Shown here piece after piece: positions 1 through 7,989 of a stretch of DNA of 64,000 nt. The notes beneath the pieces were generated by a model. It saw only the letters and a list, made by a program, of their open reading frames with translations. It was not told the origin of the DNA and made no database searches. Source of the stretch: an uncultured Pelagibacteraceae bacterium (GTDB lineage Bacteria; Pseudomonadota; Alphaproteobacteria; Pelagibacterales; Pelagibacteraceae); NCBI GenBank assembly GCA_902536085.1, contig CACAWF010000004.1, positions 1,298 through 65,297 of the forward strand, in the 5' to 3' direction. Positions within the stretch are counted from its first letter, which is position 1. Each line of letters begins with the position of its first letter. A program made the translations under genes and the position numbers.

Positions 1-232
1 GCATAATTCTAAATCTAGGGTATGGCCCTGTCATCTTTTTATTATCAGGATGAGCAAATATCCATGTTTGTTTAATGCCGTTATCTTTGTCATCATTATT
101 TTTGAGAGCATCTAATTGTATTTTTATAACATCGTAGGCAGATAAATTTTCGGCTGGTTTTATCATTTCTGCATTTGCTGAATTAATAAAACCCAGAAAA
201 AAAATTGCTAAAATTAATTTTTTCAATTCCAT
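1..232 (-). CDS. 5' part of an exported hypothetical protein (DUF4864-like), truncated by the window edge
   Basis: Manual translation from ATG at 232: MELKKLILAIFFLGFINSANAEMIKPAENLSAYDVIKIQLDALKNNDDKDNGIKQTWIFAHPDNKKMTGPYPRFRIM...; signal peptide; overlaps the msrA stop. Confidence 0.6.
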   Translation of the reverse strand, partial: MELKKLILAIFFLGFINSANAEMIKPAENLSAYDVIKIQLDALKNNDDKDNGIKQTWIFAHPDNKKMTGPYPRFRIM

Positions 233-792
233 ATTCTTCTCAAGGTATCTTCTCTTTTACACCCATTTTTATACATTAGATAACGAATAAAATTTTTCTC
301 ATAATAATCTTGGTGATAATCTTCTGCTGGATAAAATTTCTTAAATTTCCAGACTAAAGTGACTATTTCTCTATTAAATTTGCTTTCTAAATTTTTAAAA
401 GATTTATCAATAAATTCTTTTTCTAGTTGATTCTGAAAAAAAATTACTGATCTATAGCTTTTACCTTTGTCGCAAAACTGACCCTCCGAGTCGAAAGGAT
501 CTATATTTCTCCAGAAAATATTCAAAAGACTTTCATAACTTACAATATTTGAGTCATATGTAATTTCTATCGCCTCTACATGTCCAGTATCTTTATAAAT
601 TACATCTTGGTAAGAAGGATTTTTTAAATGACCCCCTGAATATCCGGAAATCGATGAAAGAACTCCCTCAACTTGGTCAAATGACTCTTCCATACACCAA
701 AAACAACCACCAGCAAAATAAGCCTTTTTTTCCACAGCGTGTAGATTAAAATTTAGGGTGAATAAGGTGACAAAAAGTAAAATTTTTTTCAT
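223..792 (-). CDS. msrA: Peptide methionine sulfoxide reductase A with N-terminal signal peptide
   Basis: FAGGCFWC catalytic motif, GHVEAI, AEDYHQDYY; signal-like N-terminus ending NLHA. Confidence 0.95.
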   Translation of the reverse strand: MKKILLFVTLFTLNFNLHAVEKKAYFAGGCFWCMEESFDQVEGVLSSISGYSGGHLKNPSYQDVIYKDTGHVEAIEITYDSNIVSYESLLNIFWRNIDPFDSEGQFCDKGKSYRSVIFFQNQLEKEFIDKSFKNLESKFNREIVTLVWKFKKFYPAEDYHQDYYEKNFIRYLMYKNGCKREDTLRRIWN

Positions 793-799
793 TTATTAA

Positions 800-1132
800 A
801 TGATATATACAAAAATAATGGAAAACGACGGATTTATTGTCATAGAGGGAATTCACAAAAATCCTAATAATATAAACACTTTAGACGAACAAACTAAAAT
901 TATTCATGGTCCTTATAATAAAAAAGAGGCAGAAAAAGTAGCTAAAGGACTAATTCAAAAAAATATCGATAATTTTTATCATAGAGCTTGGGTGATAAAT
1001 AAAGATATTGAGCTAAATAATATTTGCGAAGAATGTAAAAAAGAAGATGAAAGTGTTAAGCAAAACCTAATTATGCATAGCTATAAAATTTGTAGTAGCT
1101 GTAATTTAGCTAAAACTATTTTTCCTATTTAA
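800..1132 (+). CDS. Hypothetical protein: DUF4170-like N-terminus plus C-terminal CxxC...CxxC zinc ribbon (start may be 818)
   Basis: HGPY...QKNIDNFYHRAWVI segment; CEEC and CSSC pairs. Confidence 0.5.
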   Translation: MIYTKIMENDGFIVIEGIHKNPNNINTLDEQTKIIHGPYNKKEAEKVAKGLIQKNIDNFYHRAWVINKDIELNNICEECKKEDESVKQNLIMHSYKICSSCNLAKTIFPI

Positions 1133-1650
1133 AATCCCTTGAATAAAACAATTATTAAAAATAAGAAGAAAGCTTGAAATAACCAGGATACAACAACAAC
1201 TCCAAAAGCTTTCCAAAGACTTTCGTAATCAAGAGCAGATTTTACCGCTACAACCATACATGCAAGCATCCAAAATGCAGATCCTATAAAAGTCACAGTC
1301 ATTAATTCAGGAGTAACACCAAAAACTCTTATTAAACCAGGTGCACTTGAAAAACCTATCGTTCTTAAAAGTTCTCCATGATCGCTTTTTGTATTTGGGT
1401 CTCTAAATAATTTCACACCTACAAAGTAAATAACATAAGCCCAAACATACCAGCTCAACAAAGATAAAGCTGGAGCTACAAGAAAATTTGAAGCCCCAAG
1501 GTGTATCGACCCAACTCCTGCAGCTAAGCTCGACAAAACAACAACTATTCCAGCTTGAAAAGTTGCTTTTTTGTCTTTCTCAACTTCTTCGTAAAGATCT
1601 ATATCTATTTTGATAGCTCTAAAAACTCTATTTATGAATATATTAATCAT
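1129..1650 (-). CDS. YIP1-family membrane protein
   Basis: LYEEVE.DKKAT.QA, LLRTIGFSSAPG pattern; several TM helices. Confidence 0.7.
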   Translation of the reverse strand: MINIFINRVFRAIKIDIDLYEEVEKDKKATFQAGIVVVLSSLAAGVGSIHLGASNFLVAPALSLLSWYVWAYVIYFVGVKLFRDPNTKSDHGELLRTIGFSSAPGLIRVFGVTPELMTVTFIGSAFWMLACMVVAVKSALDYESLWKAFGVVVVSWLFQAFFLFLIIVLFKGF

Positions 1651-2441
1651 TTTTTTGTAAAAGGTTTTAATAATCTCAGAATCTTGCTATGTAAAGCTTT
1701 ATTAGATGAAGCAATAATATTGCCCCCTATTTCTGCGGGTTCATTTTTCCAGTCAGTTACTATTGCGCCTGAATTTTTGATGATAGGTATTAAAGGTAGA
1801 ATATCATAAGGCTTTAAGTTAGCTTCTATTACAGCATCTACTGTTCCTTCTGCTAATAAACAATAATTTAAAGCATCAAATCCGGCTAACCTAAATGACC
1901 ATCCGAATTTCTTTATAACTTTTCTTTGTCTTTCATAGCTTAAGGTCCCATGAAAGTTTCCAATAATTTTTACTGTTTTTAAATTATTATTATTAGATGA
2001 TTTAATAATTTTTTTTTTATTATTTTTAAAAATATAGGATTTTTTTTGATCATTTATGTAAAATTTATTTAATTCTGGAAAATTGGCTAAGCCAATTTTT
2101 GATTTTTCGTTAAAAGATAGGCCTATTAAGTTAGACCAAGTAGGAGCTCCAATAACAAAAGCTCTTGTACCGTCTATCGGGTCGATTGACCATTGAAAAT
2201 GATTATCAGATCTTTTATCGTCAAACTCTTCTCCAATAATAGAATCTTTAGGGAATTTTTTTAAAATTAATGATCTTATATATTTTTCAAATGATTTATC
2301 AAAATTAGTTACTGGATCAAAATCTTTCTTATTTTTTGATTTATTATTTACTTTAATTCCAGATTTCGATTTTTTTTTATAAAATAAATTTAATTTTGCG
2401 GGTAAAGATCTTAAAAAATTAAAAGTTTTTTTGTAGTTCAT
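1647..2441 (-). CDS. Inositol monophosphatase family (HisN-like histidinol-phosphatase possible)
   Basis: DPVT..D, GEE, IDPIDGT, YDILPLIPII motifs. Confidence 0.85.
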   Translation of the reverse strand: MNYKKTFNFLRSLPAKLNLFYKKKSKSGIKVNNKSKNKKDFDPVTNFDKSFEKYIRSLILKKFPKDSIIGEEFDDKRSDNHFQWSIDPIDGTRAFVIGAPTWSNLIGLSFNEKSKIGLANFPELNKFYINDQKKSYIFKNNKKKIIKSSNNNNLKTVKIIGNFHGTLSYERQRKVIKKFGWSFRLAGFDALNYCLLAEGTVDAVIEANLKPYDILPLIPIIKNSGAIVTDWKNEPAEIGGNIIASSNKALHSKILRLLKPFTKK

Positions 2442-2459
2442 GCGTGTATATAGCTTAAT

Positions 2460-2924
2460 TTAATTTAAAATAAAAATATTAAAATTTAAAATTAAAGCGT
2501 ATGTGCTCCATAAAAAGTAAGGAACCATTAGAGAAAAACTAATCTTATCCTTCAAATAATAAATTTTCATTAAGAGCACAATAAATATGATAATTATAAT
2601 TAAATCTAACAAAGCTAGTCCTATTTGATGAAAACCAAAAAAGATAATGCTCCAAATCATATTAAAAAAAAGGTGTAAAAAATATAAGTTTAAAATTTTT
2701 TTATCATAATAATTTATCCATATACGCCAAATTGCTACTGACATTAAGATATACAAAATTGTCCATACAGGCCCAAACACCCAGCTCGGAGGATTAAAAC
2801 TTGGAAGAATTATCTGAGAATACCAAGGCTCTTTAAAAGTCGAAGTAGTAAATCCGCCAATTCCAGATGCCAAAAACGTTATTAAAAGAATGAATGTAAG
2901 AGATAAATATTTATTCTTAGTCAT
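2460..2924 (-). CDS. tspO: Tryptophan-rich sensory protein TspO/MBR
   Basis: WY...PSFNPPSWVFGPVWTILY, WS.IFFG, PYFLW motifs. Confidence 0.92.
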   Translation of the reverse strand: MTKNKYLSLTFILLITFLASGIGGFTTSTFKEPWYSQIILPSFNPPSWVFGPVWTILYILMSVAIWRIWINYYDKKILNLYFLHLFFNMIWSIIFFGFHQIGLALLDLIIIIIFIVLLMKIYYLKDKISFSLMVPYFLWSTYALILNFNIFILN

Positions 2925-2945
2925 AAATTAAGGTATAACTAATTT

Positions 2946-3698
2946 ATGTCCGAAAATCAGAAAAAAATATGGATCACAGGTGCGAGTAGCGGAATTGGAA
3001 AAGCAGTGGCTGAAAAATTCGCCAACGAGGGATGGAAAGTTGCTGTATCTGCAAGAAGAAAAGAACTTTTAGATGAGTTAGCTAAACATAACAATATAAG
3101 TTCATTTCCCCTGGATGTAACCAACCAATCCCAAATAAATAATGTTTTTAAAGATGTTTTAAATACTTTTGGTGATATTGACATTTGTTTATTCTCCAGT
3201 GGAACTTACGAACCAAAAGATGAGCAAAATATAGATCCAGATAAAATTAAAAATGTAATTAATGTTAATTTTTTAGGAGTTATTGATTGCGTAAAAGTTG
3301 TTGAAGATTATTTTAAAAATAAGAAATCTGGACACATTTCGATAGTTTCCTCGATTGCTGGTTACAGAGGTCTACCAAATTCAAGCGGTTATGGTCCTTC
3401 AAAAGCCGCTCTAACTAATTTTAGCGAAAGTATTTACTTTGATTTTAAAAAATTTGGAGTGAGAGTCTCAGTTGTATCACCAGGTTTCATCAAAACTCCT
3501 TTGACCGATAAAAATGAGTTTCCTATGCCATTTTTAAAAACTCCTGAATATGCTGCAGATAAAATTTATAATGGCTTGGTGAAAGGAAATGCTTTTGAAA
3601 TTCATTTCCCAAAAGGTTTAACTTTAACTTTAAAATTTTTAAGAATATTACCTTATAGACTTTATTTATTTTTAGTAGATAAACTTGTTAAACGATAA
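2946..3698 (+). CDS. Short-chain dehydrogenase/reductase
   Basis: TGASSGIG, YGPSK (YxxxK), SPGFIKTPLTDKNEFPMPF. Confidence 0.9.
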   Translation: MSENQKKIWITGASSGIGKAVAEKFANEGWKVAVSARRKELLDELAKHNNISSFPLDVTNQSQINNVFKDVLNTFGDIDICLFSSGTYEPKDEQNIDPDKIKNVINVNFLGVIDCVKVVEDYFKNKKSGHISIVSSIAGYRGLPNSSGYGPSKAALTNFSESIYFDFKKFGVRVSVVSPGFIKTPLTDKNEFPMPFLKTPEYAADKIYNGLVKGNAFEIHFPKGLTLTLKFLRILPYRLYLFLVDKLVKR

Positions 3699-4283
3699 TT
3701 AAAGAAGAGAGTCAACGTATTCCCAATTGATTAATTTATCAAAAAAATTTTCTAAATAAGCTGGTCTTTTATTTCTATAATCTAAATAATATGAGTGCTC
3801 CCACACATCACAACCTAATATAGGTTTCATATTGTGAATTATTGGGTTTTCAGCATTCGGTGATTTAGTCACTACAAGCTTATTTTCTTTTAAAGACAAC
3901 CAACACCATCCAGATCCAAACTGAGTAACTCCAGCATTTATAAATTCCTCCCTAAATTTTTCAAAGCCTCCAAAATCTTCTTTAATCTTATTTTCAAGCT
4001 TGGATGGAACTTTTCCTCCGCCATTAGGTTTCATACACTTCCAAAAAAGATTGTGATTCCAATGTTGGCTTGCATTGTTGAAAATTCCTGCTTTTTTTTC
4101 ATTTGATGATTTTTTAATTATATCTTCCAAAGATAATTTTTCATAATCAGAACCTTTTATAAAGTTATTTAGATTTGTAATATATGTTTGATGATGTTTG
4201 CCATGATGTAAATCCAAAGTTTGCTCTGACATTATTGGAGAAAGAGCTGAATTACTGTAATCTAATTTAGGAAGTTCAAACAT
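3699..4283 (-). CDS. sodB: Superoxide dismutase, Fe-type signature
   Basis: HHGKHHQTY, NNASQHWNH, FGSGW, DVWEHSYY; likely ATG at 4283 (MFELPKL). Confidence 0.92.
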   Translation of the reverse strand: MFELPKLDYSNSALSPIMSEQTLDLHHGKHHQTYITNLNNFIKGSDYEKLSLEDIIKKSSNEKKAGIFNNASQHWNHNLFWKCMKPNGGGKVPSKLENKIKEDFGGFEKFREEFINAGVTQFGSGWCWLSLKENKLVVTKSPNAENPIIHNMKPILGCDVWEHSYYLDYRNKRPAYLENFFDKLINWEYVDSLL

Positions 4284-4284
4284 A

Positions 4285-4809
4285 TCAATCTTTAACAAAC
4301 ATTACGGTTAATTCTGCTACTTTAATTCCAAATTTAGTCATTGTCGCTCTGTTTATTGCCACGCGATCATCCTGCATGAAAATCCAATCGTCAAAAGTAA
4401 TTTTAATATTTTTTCCTTTAACCGGCACCAGTAATACATATTCAAATTTAAAAGCTGGACCATATGAATATCCTTTAGCTGTTCCAACTACATCAGAGGC
4501 TGTTCCTTCATAGTTATGTTCATCAATTTTTTTTATAGTCCATTGACGAGTTTGTCTTTCCCCATCATTCCAATCAAAAACTTCGTCTAAAATTAATTGA
4601 GAACCATCCCATTTTCCGTTTAAATCAGCTTTAAATTGTCTCGTAACTTTTCCAGATCTATTTTGTAATACTCCCCAAGCTTTGACATTACCAGATAAAT
4701 AATCTTCGATGACTAATCTTGGTTTTTGATCTTTAAAATCTGTCGGTTTCATTTTATTTGCACATCCTGTTGTTAAAATTAGTAAAAATAATACTATAAA
4801 TTTTTTCAT
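4285..4809 (-). CDS. DUF3833-family lipoprotein
   Basis: Lipobox TTGC; AWG...RQFKADL.G, FDDW.F motifs; usual partner of cfa/DUF1365 clusters. Confidence 0.8.
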   Translation of the reverse strand: MKKFIVLFLLILTTGCANKMKPTDFKDQKPRLVIEDYLSGNVKAWGVLQNRSGKVTRQFKADLNGKWDGSQLILDEVFDWNDGERQTRQWTIKKIDEHNYEGTASDVVGTAKGYSYGPAFKFEYVLLVPVKGKNIKITFDDWIFMQDDRVAINRATMTKFGIKVAELTVMFVKD

Positions 4810-5996
4810 GACGAATATCTATTAGACATAGAGAATTGAATCAAGTTAATGTTTCTAGACTTAAAACCGCCTTCACAATAAGATAAGTAAAATTCCCACA
4901 TACGCTTGAAATATTCGTCAAAACCAAGTGGGCTAATTTTTTCCCAAGCACCTAAAAAATTTTTTCTCCAAGTTGCTAAAGTTCTGGCATAATCATCGGA
5001 GTAGGTATTAATTTTTTCTAGTTTTAGGTCATTCTTTTGAATTAGATTTTCCATAAATTGAATTGAAGGTAAAAACCCGCCTGGAAATATATATTTTTGA
5101 ATAAAATCCTCATTTGCTCTATATCTTTCAAATAAATCATCTTTTATCACGATTCCTTGAATTGCAGCAGTTCCCCCGTAGTTAAGAACATTTTTTATTG
5201 TACCAAAATATTGGTCCATATATTTTTCACCAACTGCTTCTATCATTTCTATTGAAGCTACGTGATCATATTTTTCCTTGAGATCTCTGTAATCTAAAAA
5301 TTTAACATTAACTTTATTATTAAGTCCTGAGTTGAAAATCTTCTTTTTAGTAAACTCATATTGATTTTTAGAAATTGTGATACAGTCTACACTCACATCA
5401 TAATTTTTAGCTAAGAATTCAGCAAATCCACCCCAACCACACCCTATCTCTAAAACCTTGTTTCCATCTTTTATATTCATTAAATTTATAAGCTCTTGAA
5501 ATTTATTTCTTTGAGCGATTTCTAAATTATCTTTCTCGTTTTTATAGACTGCGCTGGAATAAGTAAGAGATTTATCAAGCCATGACGAAAAAAATTCATT
5601 CCCTAAATCATAATGTTTTGAAATATATTTTTTACTTTTAGATTTTGTATTTGATGCAAATATTTTTTTTAGAAAATTTTTTATTTTTTGTAATTTTAAA
5701 CTTCCTGAAAAAGAATAGATTGTATTGATATTTCTCGCTGTAAGTTCAATTAAATTTGTTAAATTTGAGGAATAAAAATCTTTTTTCATGTGAGCTTCTC
5801 CTAAAGCTGAGCTTCCACCCAAAATAACATTTAGGTAAAAATTGGGTTTATTAATTTTGATATCTGAGGATAATTTGCTCTCTAAGTCACCAAAATGAAA
5901 AACTTTTCCATCGTAATTTATAAGCTTAAGATTTCCTTGTGAAATTTTTTTCAATTTATTTAAGACGAATTTCTCTGAAATCTTTATTAAACTCAT
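4806..5996 (-). CDS. Cyclopropane-fatty-acyl-phospholipid synthase-family SAM methyltransferase (UfaM-like)
   Basis: HYDLGNEF, TYSSA, VLEIGCGWG, SIEMIEAVG, FIQKYIFPGG, WEFYLSYCEGGF. Confidence 0.9.
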   Translation of the reverse strand: MSLIKISEKFVLNKLKKISQGNLKLINYDGKVFHFGDLESKLSSDIKINKPNFYLNVILGGSSALGEAHMKKDFYSSNLTNLIELTARNINTIYSFSGSLKLQKIKNFLKKIFASNTKSKSKKYISKHYDLGNEFFSSWLDKSLTYSSAVYKNEKDNLEIAQRNKFQELINLMNIKDGNKVLEIGCGWGGFAEFLAKNYDVSVDCITISKNQYEFTKKKIFNSGLNNKVNVKFLDYRDLKEKYDHVASIEMIEAVGEKYMDQYFGTIKNVLNYGGTAAIQGIVIKDDLFERYRANEDFIQKYIFPGGFLPSIQFMENLIQKNDLKLEKINTYSDDYARTLATWRKNFLGAWEKISPLGFDEYFKRMWEFYLSYCEGGFKSRNINLIQFSMSNRYSS

Positions 5997-6754
5997 TAAT
6001 ATTCCTCGTAACTTAAATTATTTTTTAATTTAGTATTTCTCCTTCTGAATATTGCCCCTTTTTTCCATAAAAGTAATGCTTCAAAATGTATCGAACTAAT
6101 AATTTTAATTGTCATTAAGGGATACTTTAAAAAGTTAATCATGAGTTGTTTTGAGCTGAATTCTTTTCTCTCTCCTGTTTGGGTGGCTGTTAAAACTAAT
6201 CCTATCGAGTCTGTTTGTTTTATGAAGACGGAGAGTCTATTACTAGGGTTAAGTAATTTAAAATTATAGTAAGTTTCCATATCCATAAATGGTGAAACAT
6301 AAAACTTTTTTTTACATTTTTGAGCTATTTCTTCATTATCATTAATTTTAAAAATATATGTGTGCTGCTCATTAAAAGTATTTTTTACTTCGTAAAAAAT
6401 TGCCCTCAATTTATTATGCTCATAACAGTAAAAAATACTTAAAGGGTTGAATACATAACCAAAAATTCTTGGATAACAAAGTATTTTAACTTTATTAATT
6501 TCACCTTTTATATTGAACTTTCTAATGTTTTTAAGAACCCACTCTTTTAAATCACTTCCGTCGCGTTCTCCATGATCTTTGTCGTAAAAGCTGAAAATGT
6601 TAAACTTATTATGAGAGAAAATATTTATTGTACTGTCTAATTGATTGATTTCATCTAAATCAATTAATAATGAAAAAGTTTTGTATTTTAAAAAATGTCT
6701 TACAGGTTTAAATCTTGTATGAGTTACTTCACCGTTGTAAATGCAGGAGTTCAT
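5996..6754 (-). CDS. DUF1365 protein (UfaO-like)
   Basis: V.H.R..P..H, PRIFGYVFNPLS, EVKNTFNEQH, KKFYVSPF, IHFEAL.LW. Confidence 0.88.
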   Translation of the reverse strand: MNSCIYNGEVTHTRFKPVRHFLKYKTFSLLIDLDEINQLDSTINIFSHNKFNIFSFYDKDHGERDGSDLKEWVLKNIRKFNIKGEINKVKILCYPRIFGYVFNPLSIFYCYEHNKLRAIFYEVKNTFNEQHTYIFKINDNEEIAQKCKKKFYVSPFMDMETYYNFKLLNPSNRLSVFIKQTDSIGLVLTATQTGERKEFSSKQLMINFLKYPLMTIKIISSIHFEALLLWKKGAIFRRRNTKLKNNLSYEEY

Positions 6755-7980
6755 CAAATTTTAAAGTTATTTATCAAATCTATAGATGATTTTAATCCAT
6801 CTTCATGAAATCCGTAACCAAAATAACTTCCACAAAACCAAGTTCTTTTTTTTCCTTGTATTAATGTTAGATCTTTTTGAAGCTCAGTATTCTTTGAATT
6901 CAAATATGGGTGTGTAAAATTAACTTTTTTTATAATAGAATTTTCAATAATTTTAGAAATAGGGTTTAAAGTTAAAAAATAGTCTTTAGATGTATCTAAG
7001 TTTTGTAGTTTATTTAACCAATAGGTAATACATGTCTTTTCTCCATCTGAAACAGAATTCCAACTAGACCAGGCTCTTTTTTTGTTAGGCATTAATCTCT
7101 TATCAGTATGTAAATAAGCTTCATTATTCACGTAATTAAATTTTTCCAATATATTTTTTTCTAGTTCTGTTGGTTTTTCTATCATTCTTAAACTTTGGTC
7201 TGCATGGGAAGCTAGAACTACTTGATCATAGTCAACATATTCATTACCAATAATTACCCTGATATTGTCATCGCTTCTAATTAACTTATCCACTTTATAA
7301 TTTTTAAAAATTTCTCCACTAATTTTATCTGTTACTTTTTTTACATAAGCTCTACTTCTATTTGAAACTGTATACCATTGTGGTCTATTTTTAAATTTAA
7401 ACAAACCATGATTAGTAAAAAAATTTAAAAAAAATTTTAATGGCATTTCCTTTGCTTTATTAAATGGCATTGACCAGATAGCAGCAACCATGGGAATTAA
7501 GTGATACTCGATGAAGTATTTTGATAACTTTTTTTTATTGAGAAAATTTCCTAGTGTCTCTTCTTTAATTTCACTTTTAAGTAATTTTGGAGCAGTTTTA
7601 TAAAATGAAATTATCTCTCTAATCATATTTAAAAATTTTAAATTAAGAAAATTTGATTTATTAGCAAAAATACCTCCTAAACCACTTCCACTATATTCAA
7701 CATTACTATTCTTAATTGATACAGAAAATGACATGTCGCTTTTTTCATAAGGAACTTTTAATTCATTAAAAAAATTTACTAAATTTGGATAAGTAACTTC
7801 ATTAAAAACAATAAAGCCTAAATCAACTGGAACAATCTTGTCATCTTCTTTTATCTCGTAAGTAAAAGAATGACCTCCGAAGTGATCGTCTTTTTCGTAT
7901 AGATCAACTTTATATTTTTTTGAGAGAAAATATGCGGAAGATAATCCTGAGATGCCTGAGCCGATAACAGCAATTTTCAT
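6754..7980 (-). CDS. FAD/NAD-binding oxidoreductase, amine-oxidase family (UfaD-like)
   Basis: GSGISG Rossmann motif, GGHS, VDLGFIVFN..TYPN, AWSSWN, GYGFHEDG. Confidence 0.85.
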   Translation of the reverse strand: MKIAVIGSGISGLSSAYFLSKKYKVDLYEKDDHFGGHSFTYEIKEDDKIVPVDLGFIVFNEVTYPNLVNFFNELKVPYEKSDMSFSVSIKNSNVEYSGSGLGGIFANKSNFLNLKFLNMIREIISFYKTAPKLLKSEIKEETLGNFLNKKKLSKYFIEYHLIPMVAAIWSMPFNKAKEMPLKFFLNFFTNHGLFKFKNRPQWYTVSNRSRAYVKKVTDKISGEIFKNYKVDKLIRSDDNIRVIIGNEYVDYDQVVLASHADQSLRMIEKPTELEKNILEKFNYVNNEAYLHTDKRLMPNKKRAWSSWNSVSDGEKTCITYWLNKLQNLDTSKDYFLTLNPISKIIENSIIKKVNFTHPYLNSKNTELQKDLTLIQGKKRTWFCGSYFGYGFHEDGLKSSIDLINNFKI

Positions 7981-7989
7981 TAAAAAAGG

